Assembly (NCBI GenBank): GCA_016926705.1
Contig: JAFGOC010000036.1
Span: forward strand, 1-56,316
DNA from: Dehalococcoidales bacterium
GTDB lineage: Bacteria; Chloroflexota; Dehalococcoidia; Dehalococcoidales; RBG-16-60-22
DNA length: 56,316 nt
Direction: 5' to 3'
In this document: positions 18,579-26,662 of the stretch, one piece after another
Position numbering within the stretch: position 1 is the stretch's first letter
How the letters are laid out: each line of letters opens with the position of its first letter
Translations under genes and position numbers: made by a program
The notes under the pieces: generated by a model
Told to the model about the DNA's origin: nothing
The model's input: only the letters and a program-made list of their open reading frames with translations
The model's database searches: none

Positions 18579-19940
18579 TTGGAGACCGTAGCCCAGGTAA
18601 TTGCATTCGTAGGTATCCTGGTATTTCTGGCGCACCTGTTTTCCAGCATCTTCAGCCGGACGAGAATACCGGATGTGCTTTTATTGATAATCATCGGCAT
18701 CTGTGTAGGGCCGGTGCTGGGGCTGGTGACGCCGGCGGAATTCGGGTCGGTGGGGCCGGTCTTTACGACGATTACGCTAATCATCATTCTTTTTGAGAGC
18801 GGCATCGCTTTGAAGCTAAGCATGTTGCGTTCCGCGCTGGGCGGGGCGATGATACTGGCCCCTTTGAGTTTTTTCCTGACGATGTTCGTGGTGGCCGGAC
18901 TGGCTATATGGGCGACAGACCTGGAAGTCCTGCCTGCCTTCATACTGGGGGCGATAGTGGGTTCCACATCAGAGGCGGTGGTGATACCGCTGGTCAGGCA
19001 GCTCAAGGTGAAAGAGGAAACGCAGACGCTGCTTTCGGTGGAATCAACTGTGAACGACGTATTAAGCATCGTCATCACCGTGGCGCTGGTGCAGGCATAT
19101 ACCGCCGGCACTTTTGAGTTTGCATCCGTTTCCGGCAAGCTGATAGCGTCCTTTGTCGTAGCCCTGATATTCGGCATCGTCGGCGCACTTTTATGGTCGG
19201 TCCTGCTGAATAAAATACGCATCATCAAAAACGCCATATTTACCACGCCGGCGTTCGTTTTCATCATCTACGGCGCGGTGGAGATACTGGGTTTCAGCGG
19301 GCCTATCGCCGCCCTGGCTTTCGGGGTGACGATAGGCAATATAGAGTCGATTCACATCCCCATCTTCAGGACGTCGACAATGAAGGAGCCGGTGGGGCTT
19401 AGCGAGACGGAGAAGATATTCTTCAGCGAGGTGGCTTTCCTGCTGAAAACGTTTTTCTTCATCTACCTGGGGATTTCCCTGGAACTCATCACCAGCTGGT
19501 TTATCATCTTGGCGCTGATATTTACCGTGGTGGCGTTTGCTTTGCGCATACCAGCAGTGAAGGTATCCATCAGGAAAGTTTTGCCACAGAAAGACCTCTC
19601 GGTGATGGCGGTGATGGTGCCTAAAGGACTGGCAGCCGTGGTGCTCGCCAGCCTGCCGATACAGCAGGGAGTAGTCGGCGGTGATATAATAAAGAATATA
19701 ACCTACGGCATCATCGTTTTCAGTATTATTTTCACATCCATACTCGTACTGTTGCTGGAAAAAACACCCCTGCCTAAATTTTATGCTAAAATTTTAACGC
19801 CGAAATGGCCGTGGTTCAGGAGGAAAAGAGTGGGGGAGGGGGTAATGGAGACGTTAGCAGAAGAGAAAGCTGCCGAACCAGAACCGGTAAAAAGAGCGAG
19901 GAAAAGAACAAAGAAAGCCCCGCCCGACGATAAAAAATAA
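18579..19940 (+). CDS. Cation:proton antiporter (CPA1/NhaP-like) with basic C-terminal tail
   Basis: About 11-12 TM helices. Typical Na+/H+ exchanger segments are present (FESGIALK, ESTVNDVLSIV). TTG start. The 264-aa antisense ORF is a shadow. Confidence 0.8.
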   Translation: METVAQVIAFVGILVFLAHLFSSIFSRTRIPDVLLLIIIGICVGPVLGLVTPAEFGSVGPVFTTITLIIILFESGIALKLSMLRSALGGAMILAPLSFFLTMFVVAGLAIWATDLEVLPAFILGAIVGSTSEAVVIPLVRQLKVKEETQTLLSVESTVNDVLSIVITVALVQAYTAGTFEFASVSGKLIASFVVALIFGIVGALLWSVLLNKIRIIKNAIFTTPAFVFIIYGAVEILGFSGPIAALAFGVTIGNIESIHIPIFRTSTMKEPVGLSETEKIFFSEVAFLLKTFFFIYLGISLELITSWFIILALIFTVVAFALRIPAVKVSIRKVLPQKDLSVMAVMVPKGLAAVVLASLPIQQGVVGGDIIKNITYGIIVFSIIFTSILVLLLEKTPLPKFYAKILTPKWPWFRRKRVGEGVMETLAEEKAAEPEPVKRARKRTKKAPPDDKK

Positions 19941-19988
19941 TCTAACTATTGATATATCCCGGAAAATACTAAGGAGGAGCTGTTTTCA

Positions 19989-20675
19989 ATGGACGTTATC
20001 CAGGCAATTAAGGAAAGAAAAAGCATACGGGCATTCAAGCCCGACCCCGTGAAGCTGGACTTGCTTAAGACGATAATCGAACAGGCGCAAAGGGCGCCGT
20101 CGTGGGCGAACACCCAGCCCTGGGAGTTCGCCGTGGCTGCCGGTAAAAAGCTCAAGGCGATAGAGGAAGCTTTCGTAAAACGGGGCGCGCAGGCCATGCA
20201 GAATACCCCGGCGGAAGTGGCGCGCCCTTATGAATACCCCGAGCCTTATATCTCGCGCATCAAGAGCATGCAGGCACAGGAAAACCGTGGGCGCACCAGC
20301 GAGATGACAAAAGAAGAAGGCGAGGCCCGTATGATGGACAACTTCCGGCATTACGGCGCACCGGCGTGTATCTATCTGCTGGTGGGGAAAAATTTCCTGC
20401 TCCAGTCCCAGGGGGTCAATGTCTGGGCGATGTACGACTGCGGTTCGGCGGTGCAGAACATCATGCTGCTGGCGGTTAATTACGGGCTGGGCACAATCGC
20501 CCAGGCGATGGCGGTGGCTTACCCCGATATAATAAGGAAAGAGCTGGGTATCCCGGAGGACAAGCTTATCGCGCTGGGCATAGCTATAGGCTACCCGGAC
20601 CGGGACAACCCGATTACTAAAGATTTCCGCGAGAGAGTGCCGCTGGATGAAATAGCCAGGTTCTACGGATTTTAA
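19989..20675 (+). CDS. Nitroreductase-family flavoprotein
   Basis: RKSIRAFKPDPV...AQRAPSWANTQPWEF is the typical FMN nitroreductase N-terminus. A strong RBS (aaggagg) is present. Confidence 0.8.
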   Translation: MDVIQAIKERKSIRAFKPDPVKLDLLKTIIEQAQRAPSWANTQPWEFAVAAGKKLKAIEEAFVKRGAQAMQNTPAEVARPYEYPEPYISRIKSMQAQENRGRTSEMTKEEGEARMMDNFRHYGAPACIYLLVGKNFLLQSQGVNVWAMYDCGSAVQNIMLLAVNYGLGTIAQAMAVAYPDIIRKELGIPEDKLIALGIAIGYPDRDNPITKDFRERVPLDEIARFYGF

Positions 20676-21227
20676 GTGAAACTGCGGGAACATACTTTTA
20701 AGCTTAAAGGGGACCGCGTTTTCCTGCGTCCTATGACAGAGAATGATTGGGCGATAGTAACGAAGTGGGAAACCGACCCTGAAATTCTCTATTGGGCCGA
20801 TACCGAACCTATTGAATCCCGAACGCTTGAAGAAGTCCAGACGATTTTTCGTACTGTATCGCAATATGCCTATTGCTTTATTATTGAGTTTAATAACAAG
20901 CCGGTTGGCGACTGCTGGCTTCAAGAAATGAACCTAGAGAGGATTCTTAAAGAATATCCCGGAAAAGACTGCCGTCGTATTGATCTAGTTATCGGGGAAA
21001 AGGGATTGTGGGGGAGGGGGATAGGAACTGACGTTATACGAGTATTGACCCGATTCGCTTTCGGTCATGAAAAAGCGGATATGGTCTTTGGTATCTCCGG
21101 CGATTACAACAAGAGAAGCCAGCGCGCTTTTAAGAAATCGGGATATAGGTCTGTAATGAAGCTCAAGGAGTCACCGCCGAGCAAAGCCAGGTATAGCTAT
21201 GTTTTGGCTATCGAAAATAGGCACTAA
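20676..21227 (+). CDS. GNAT-family acetyltransferase (RimJ/RimL-like)
   Basis: LRPMTENDW...IGEKGLWGRGIGTDVIRVLTRFAF...NKRSQRAFKKSGY. The GTG start abuts the previous stop codon. Confidence 0.8.
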   Translation: MKLREHTFKLKGDRVFLRPMTENDWAIVTKWETDPEILYWADTEPIESRTLEEVQTIFRTVSQYAYCFIIEFNNKPVGDCWLQEMNLERILKEYPGKDCRRIDLVIGEKGLWGRGIGTDVIRVLTRFAFGHEKADMVFGISGDYNKRSQRAFKKSGYRSVMKLKESPPSKARYSYVLAIENRH

Positions 21228-21239
21228 AGGAGAAAGAAA

Positions 21240-21695
21240 ATGGCAGAATTAAGGACTAGCAAATATATAATAACCGACGTCAAAGCTGATAAGCTGTTCC
21301 CCGGGGAGAAGAAGTGGGCGGGCAGGGCCCCGGGCAAAGGACCGAATATGCCCACGCACGTGATGTGGCTGGATGGGGACGTGGTGCCCGGGGCTTTCTA
21401 TTCCGAGAGCGTGTGGATATGGCCGGAGTGCTCCTCGGAGGAGCCGGCCGCTCAAGAACATACTCACGATTTTACCGAGGTGGTGACCTTTTTCGGCACG
21501 GACTTCGAACACCCGCAGGAGTTATGCGGGGAGGTCGAGCTGTGGCTGGACGGTGAAAAGCATGTCATGACGAGGAGTTTCCTGGCCTACATTCCGGCGG
21601 GAATGAAGCACTGCCCGCTTATCGTGCGCAAGGTCAAAAGGCCGATATTCCATTTTACGGTGGGGCTGGGGGGAGATTACGTCCGCGGGAAATAA
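21240..21695 (+). CDS. Conserved hypothetical, cupin-like (paralog family member A)
   Basis: 151 aa with HTHDFTE...EVELWLDGEKH...AYIPAGMKHCP (HxH..E...H cupin-type ligand pattern). It is a clear paralog of 43332-43787 and of both halves of 39683-40696. Confidence 0.7.
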   Translation: MAELRTSKYIITDVKADKLFPGEKKWAGRAPGKGPNMPTHVMWLDGDVVPGAFYSESVWIWPECSSEEPAAQEHTHDFTEVVTFFGTDFEHPQELCGEVELWLDGEKHVMTRSFLAYIPAGMKHCPLIVRKVKRPIFHFTVGLGGDYVRGK

Positions 21696-21719
21696 ATAAC
21701 GGTATTTTATCTTGTTTTG

Positions 21720-24233
21720 CTAGTCCTTTTTCATCCTGCGGAACAGGGGTGACGGCCACCAGTTCCAGCGTCCCAGCAGGGTCGCCAGCGACGGCACCAG
21801 AAGGGCGCGCACCAGGAAAGTATCGATCAGAACGCCGATAGCAATCGCCACGCCTATCTGGAGCACCATGGGGAAGGTGGAGCTTGCCAGGGTGGCGAAG
21901 GTGCCGGCCAGAATAATGCCGCAGGAAGTGATGACATTGCCGGTATTGGCCACGGCGTGGTGCACCGCTTCTTTAATAGACTTGTTTTCCGATTCTTCAC
22001 GGATACGCGATACGAGGAATATATTGTAGTCCGCGCCCACTGCCGCCAGCATGACGAAGACGAACACCGGCAGCATGTTAATCAGGCTTTCGAACTTCAA
22101 TATGTCTATGAAAATCCAGGTTATAATGCCGAGCGTGGCGCCATAATTCAGCAATACCGTGATAACCATATACAACGAGGCTAAAAGACTGCGCAGCAGG
22201 ATAACGATAACGGCCAGGATGCCGATAGAGGTAACGACGATGACAATAGTCAGGTCGTCGTTGCTGGTACTTACCATATCCGCATAGAGGGCTGTCTCCC
22301 CGCCGACATAATGCTCGATTTCACCGAGGCTGGAGGTGGCTACGGTAGAAGTCACGGCTTCACGGATTCTCGGCAGGGCGAGCGAGGCTTCATTTGAGTA
22401 GGGGTCGATATCCAGTATCAGGTACATCCTGGCGACCGTGCCGTCGGCGGAGAAGTAGACCGCCTTAAGCCGGTCGACAAACGGGCCGCTGCCTTCCATG
22501 CGGAACTCATTACCCAGGGCGGTCAGGGCGTCACCGAGGTCGTAAAGCGAGGTCTGAAGCTGTGAAATAAGGCCGGGCAGTTCCGAAGGCGATGCCGTAA
22601 CAAGCTGTTCTGCCAGCGACGACACCTGCGCAAGTATAGCCGACGACGAGATAAAATTAGGGCTTTGCGCAACGCTCGGGTACTCCAGCGTCAGGGCTTC
22701 CAGCTGGTCGGCCTGGGACTGCAACATGGACAGGCTGCTTAAGCTGAAACCGGGCGAAGTTATCATATCTCCAAGACCCTTGACCTGTTGCCCGAGACCG
22801 ATGAGCTGGTTACCGACCAGGGAAGGATAGTCCACTCTTGACAGGTCTTCGGCTCTGGTCAACTCCTGCGCCATCTGGTCGATGCCCTCAAGCGAGTCCG
22901 GAGTAAGCAGGCTGCCGCTTTCCGACTGTAATACCAGCGTCAATGGTGATAGCTCGCCCACCGGGAAGTGGTCCCTGATGATATTCAGCCCTTGGCTGGA
23001 TTCCTCGCTGGGAGAAAGCTGGGTCAATACATTGGCGGACAGTGTGAGTCCCGGTATGGCGAAGTAGGGTATAATCAGCACGATAATTATCGGCACGGCC
23101 GTCAGCACCGGGTGGCGGGAAATCCATTCGCCGGTCTTGGCCCAGCCCCAACGCCTCTTTTTAAGTTTCTCATTATCTTTCGGCTTGTTCTTGGTCGGCC
23201 AGAAGAGGAAGCGCCCGAAGATAGACATCAGGGCAGGCACGAGAGTAAGTCCGGCGGCCAGGGTAACGGCAATACCGATGGCGAGGGCGTAGCCGCTGGT
23301 CTTGGTCATACCGAAGCTTGACACGCTCAAGCACAGGAAGGCGATGATTACCGTAACAGCGCTGGCCAGGATAACGGGCCCGATTTGTCTCATCGTGAAA
23401 TCGATTCCCCGGGTGTTCTCGGCGCGTGCCGTTTCTTCCCGGTAACGGGAGATGATAAACAGACAGTAATCGGTACCCACGCCGAAGATGGTGACCACCA
23501 TGTAAGCGTCGATTACCGTTGAAACGTCCAGTCCGGCCTGGGCGAGAAAACCGATAATGCCGCGCGCCACCAGGAAACTGATACCGATGGCTATCAGAGG
23601 CACCAGGGCGGCAAACGGGGAGCGGTAGACTATGAGAAGAAGGACAATGACCAGGATAATCGTTACCAGTGTAGTATTGTCAATAGTGCGCTGAACGGAT
23701 TCAAAAAGGTCGTGGATGAAGCCCACGTTGCCGGTGAAATAGAAAGATGTCTCCGGGTAAAGGTCGAATTGCTGGCGGATTGTTTTAATCGCCTGCTTTG
23801 CTTCTTCATCCAGCGCCGAGGAGGAAAACGCCACGGACATCATCATGGTGGTGTCGTCCTTGCTGACGAGGGACGCGCGCAGGGCTTCGCTATCGAATAT
23901 CGAGGTAACGCGGGTGACCGGCCCGGGGCCGTTATCGGAAATGAGCCAGTTGCGCAGTTTCAAGGCCTCGTCCATGTCCTGCTGGTTGAGGCCCTGTTCG
24001 TTGTAAACGACGATCAGGCCGCTGCTTTCCTGCACACCCGAGCCGAATTTTTCATTCAGGAGGTTGCGGGCATAGACGGACTCGGTCTTTTCCGGGAGAA
24101 ACTGGCTCTGGTCGGTAACACCGACCTCCGATAGAGGAGGCGCTTGAAATACGAGAAAGATAGTAATAACCAGCCAACACGCGAGGATGTAGAACCTGTA
24201 TTTGTGGGCAAAGCTACCCAGCGCGGAAAACAT
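21720..24233 (-). CDS. MMPL/RND-superfamily membrane transporter
   Basis: 837 aa with two blocks of about 6 TM helices, each preceded by a large extracytoplasmic loop. Motifs such as GVGTDYCLFIISRYREE and AVGADYNIFLVSRIREE are typical of MMPL proteins. Confidence 0.85.
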   Translation of the reverse strand: MFSALGSFAHKYRFYILACWLVITIFLVFQAPPLSEVGVTDQSQFLPEKTESVYARNLLNEKFGSGVQESSGLIVVYNEQGLNQQDMDEALKLRNWLISDNGPGPVTRVTSIFDSEALRASLVSKDDTTMMMSVAFSSSALDEEAKQAIKTIRQQFDLYPETSFYFTGNVGFIHDLFESVQRTIDNTTLVTIILVIVLLLIVYRSPFAALVPLIAIGISFLVARGIIGFLAQAGLDVSTVIDAYMVVTIFGVGTDYCLFIISRYREETARAENTRGIDFTMRQIGPVILASAVTVIIAFLCLSVSSFGMTKTSGYALAIGIAVTLAAGLTLVPALMSIFGRFLFWPTKNKPKDNEKLKKRRWGWAKTGEWISRHPVLTAVPIIIVLIIPYFAIPGLTLSANVLTQLSPSEESSQGLNIIRDHFPVGELSPLTLVLQSESGSLLTPDSLEGIDQMAQELTRAEDLSRVDYPSLVGNQLIGLGQQVKGLGDMITSPGFSLSSLSMLQSQADQLEALTLEYPSVAQSPNFISSSAILAQVSSLAEQLVTASPSELPGLISQLQTSLYDLGDALTALGNEFRMEGSGPFVDRLKAVYFSADGTVARMYLILDIDPYSNEASLALPRIREAVTSTVATSSLGEIEHYVGGETALYADMVSTSNDDLTIVIVVTSIGILAVIVILLRSLLASLYMVITVLLNYGATLGIITWIFIDILKFESLINMLPVFVFVMLAAVGADYNIFLVSRIREESENKSIKEAVHHAVANTGNVITSCGIILAGTFATLASSTFPMVLQIGVAIAIGVLIDTFLVRALLVPSLATLLGRWNWWPSPLFRRMKKD

Positions 24234-24404
24234 AGTTACTTATTATTATATTTCGCTACTCGGGGGGTTGTCTATACCTCTAGTAGCTATGGGTTATCTC
24301 AATCACATCACAAGACGGAAAGGTTATGGAAAGGGGAGGATATTCCTTTAAAATTAAACACGTCCAACTGCTTTGAATCAATAAGGCAATTGTTTTTCAG
24401 GTGT

Positions 24405-25736
24405 TTACTTTTTAGAGGCTCGTTTTTTGCTCCTGGGCGCCGGCTTGAACTCCGGTTTATCTTTCACTCCGGCAAGTTTTAGAGTACGGTTGGCTATCGC
24501 CGTTGCCTGGTTGACGATGCTGGTCCATTTTTCACCGGCTTCACTCTCTGCATTGACTATAATATCCCTGGCTTTTTGTTTTGCCTCACGGATGATTTCT
24601 CCAGCTTTTTCCCGGCTTTCTTTAATTAATTGGGCGGACTCCGCAGCAGTTTTGGCATCGGCTTTTAACTTGGCCGTTAGAGATTCGGCATCTTTTTTTG
24701 CTTTGGCGATAATTTTAACGGCCTTGCTGCGGGCATCGGCAAGAACCCTGGCGGCGTCTTCCTCGGCATCGGCTCTGGCGCGGTCGGCAATTTCAGCGGC
24801 GGCTCGCTTTGCTTTAACAGTAATTTGCGCCGCTTTTTTACGCGCCTCGGCGGAAAAGCCGGCTGTATCACCGTCTGCCTGTTTTTTCGTTCTAGCGGAA
24901 ATTTCAGCAGCTGCCTCTTCGGCTTCGTGTATAATTTGCTCGGCTTCTTTGCGGGCATCGGATGTTATAGCAGACGCGTCGGTCGCTGCCTCGGCCTTCA
25001 TTTCACGGGCGACTTCCGCTGCTTTCTTGCGGGCTTCGGTGATGATTTTGCCTGCTTCCGCTTCCGTATCTTTAGTTAAATTGTCTTTAGCAGTCAGCTG
25101 TCGGTTGGCTGCCAGGGCATCATGGATTATTTCCTCTGATTTCCGGCGCGCTTCGCTGACAAGTTTGTCCGCCTCCACCTTCGCCTTGGCGTAAATATCG
25201 TCCTGGGCCATCATCTCCCTGGCGGTGAGTTCCGCCACGTCGATTATCTGGTCGGCTTTCTCGCGGGCTTCCGCGATGATACCGGACGCGGTGGCCTCGG
25301 CTTCGGTCTTGATTTGATGCAGTATGTGGGCTGCCTGTTGTTCCGCGTTCTTGATGATTTGCTCGGCTTTCCCCTTGGTTTCGTCGATGAGCTTGGCGGT
25401 TTTTGTCTCCGCTTCATTCTGGCCTTTGGCTTCTATATCCCTGGCTACCTGTTCCGCGCGGGAGATTATTTGAGAGGCTCTTTGCTTGGCATCGTTGAAA
25501 ACCAGCGTCGACGGCTCGGTGCGCTCCTCCGGTTTCTCCTTAGGCGATGTTTCTTTCATCCGCTGCGGGAAACGATCGATGGAGGGGAATTGGGGACGAT
25601 TCGCCCCGGATTTTTCAAGTTCCTTTTTCCCCTTTTTTTCAAAAGGGCGGTTCATTGTCAAAGGCTGGTGGCACCAGCGGCAGACTGTGCCGAAAGCTTC
25701 CTGGCCGCAGTTTGGGCACTTAGGACGTGTTCTCAT
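24405..25736 (-). CDS. Zinc-ribbon protein with nine ~37-aa alpha-helical repeats
   Basis: N-terminal CPNCG-x8-CRWC zinc ribbon, then a basic/Pro-rich linker. The motif A[KR]x[KE][AS]xxII recurs at approximately aa 83, 121, 157, 196, 235, 261, 298, 335 and 374. The C-terminus is basic. The 255-aa antisense ORF is Ala/Ser-rich shadow. Confidence 0.75.
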   Translation of the reverse strand: MRTRPKCPNCGQEAFGTVCRWCHQPLTMNRPFEKKGKKELEKSGANRPQFPSIDRFPQRMKETSPKEKPEERTEPSTLVFNDAKQRASQIISRAEQVARDIEAKGQNEAETKTAKLIDETKGKAEQIIKNAEQQAAHILHQIKTEAEATASGIIAEAREKADQIIDVAELTAREMMAQDDIYAKAKVEADKLVSEARRKSEEIIHDALAANRQLTAKDNLTKDTEAEAGKIITEARKKAAEVAREMKAEAATDASAITSDARKEAEQIIHEAEEAAAEISARTKKQADGDTAGFSAEARKKAAQITVKAKRAAAEIADRARADAEEDAARVLADARSKAVKIIAKAKKDAESLTAKLKADAKTAAESAQLIKESREKAGEIIREAKQKARDIIVNAESEAGEKWTSIVNQATAIANRTLKLAGVKDKPEFKPAPRSKKRASKK

Positions 25737-26207
25737 ACAAATTACCTCTTATAAAAAAACAACGATAGCACGCTCTGGAGATTCATCGGTTCTTGCCCGT
25801 ACAAAACACATAAGATACCCGGTTAGCATGATTATAACATATCGAGGCAACCAACTTAAGCCTCCATTTTGAAAAATTGCATCAAAATTTTTCAGCTTGA
25901 TTTTAACCTGAAAATACTCAAAAGAACCTCAAGTTTTCACAGGCGTAAATTGATAGCCAGAACCCAGATAACATTGGTGTTTCCCCTAGTGGAAAATCAG
26001 GGGAATCTTACTATCGACTTACTGTTCAAGCAAGTAATATCAGAGGTATAAACCTTTATCACACCATATCAAGCTAACAATAAGGATGTTAATAAGTTGA
26101 CCTCCGAAGCTAACCGATTTTACGAGGCCCATATCACACCCTCGTGTTGTCAAAGAATTTCACCTTCCATTTAATATAAGGAAAGTCTTAAGAAAAGGAG
26201 GGAAAAT

Positions 26208-26582
26208 ATGAAAGGCTTTGCGAAAAAGAGCAGCAGAGGTGAAAAAGGTTTTACCCTGGTCGAGCTACTCATCGTGTTTACCTTGCTGGGTATCCTGGCC
26301 GCAATCATGATTCCTAACGTGTCGGGATTAATCGGCTATGGTCAGACACAAGGCGCCGGAGCGGAACTCTCCATCATACAGACAGCAATGGATACTATGA
26401 TGGCTAAAGAGAATCTGGATGGTGTGGACGCAGTGGACGCTGCAGCTGCTACAAGCAACATGTCCAATTTCACAGCAGCCCACCCGCTTTATCCTAATTA
26501 CGTGCGGTTTGAATCAGCCACGGGTAACTACACCTGTGACGATACCGGCCTGGTTGTACAAACTCTAACCGGCTACGAATAG
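26208..26582 (+). CDS. Type IV pilin (prepilin with class III signal peptide)
   Basis: MKGFAKKSSRGEKG|FTLVELLIVFTLLGILAAIMIPN has the canonical G/FTLxE cleavage-methylation site with Glu+5. Strong RBS aaggaggg. The mature protein is about 110 aa. Confidence 0.85.
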   Translation: MKGFAKKSSRGEKGFTLVELLIVFTLLGILAAIMIPNVSGLIGYGQTQGAGAELSIIQTAMDTMMAKENLDGVDAVDAAAATSNMSNFTAAHPLYPNYVRFESATGNYTCDDTGLVVQTLTGYE

Positions 26583-26662
26583 AGTAGCGGCGTATAAGTT
26601 AGTAATTAGTAACTTGTAAGCAGAACAACTGCAAAGCAAAACCGGGTATTAGTGAGTGTTTT

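Noticed and set aside
18473-19267. 264-aa ORF antisense to the cation:proton antiporter gene
   Set aside because: It has Ser/Thr/Met-rich composition with no motifs and lies entirely inside a well-supported membrane transporter gene on the other strand. This is a classic shadow ORF.
19986-20924. 312-aa minus-strand ORF spanning the nitroreductase and GNAT genes
   Set aside because: It is Arg/His/Pro-rich junk translation. The plus-strand genes have strong RBSs and family motifs.
24427-25194. 255-aa plus-strand ORF (Ala/Ser-rich) and other ORFs antisense to the helical repeat protein; likewise 27787-28593 antisense to the kinase
   Set aside because: These are reverse-complement reading of GCN/GAR-rich coiled-coil coding sequence. 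They have low-complexity translation and no start context.
24537-25499. Periodic DNA repeat / satellite
   Set aside because: The periodicity is at the protein level (37-39 aa units) with diverged codons. It is coding repeat architecture, not a DNA tandem array.
25869-26051. 60-aa ORF in the pilin upstream region
   Set aside because: It has no RBS and an AT-rich low-information translation. The region is treated as non-coding or regulatory.
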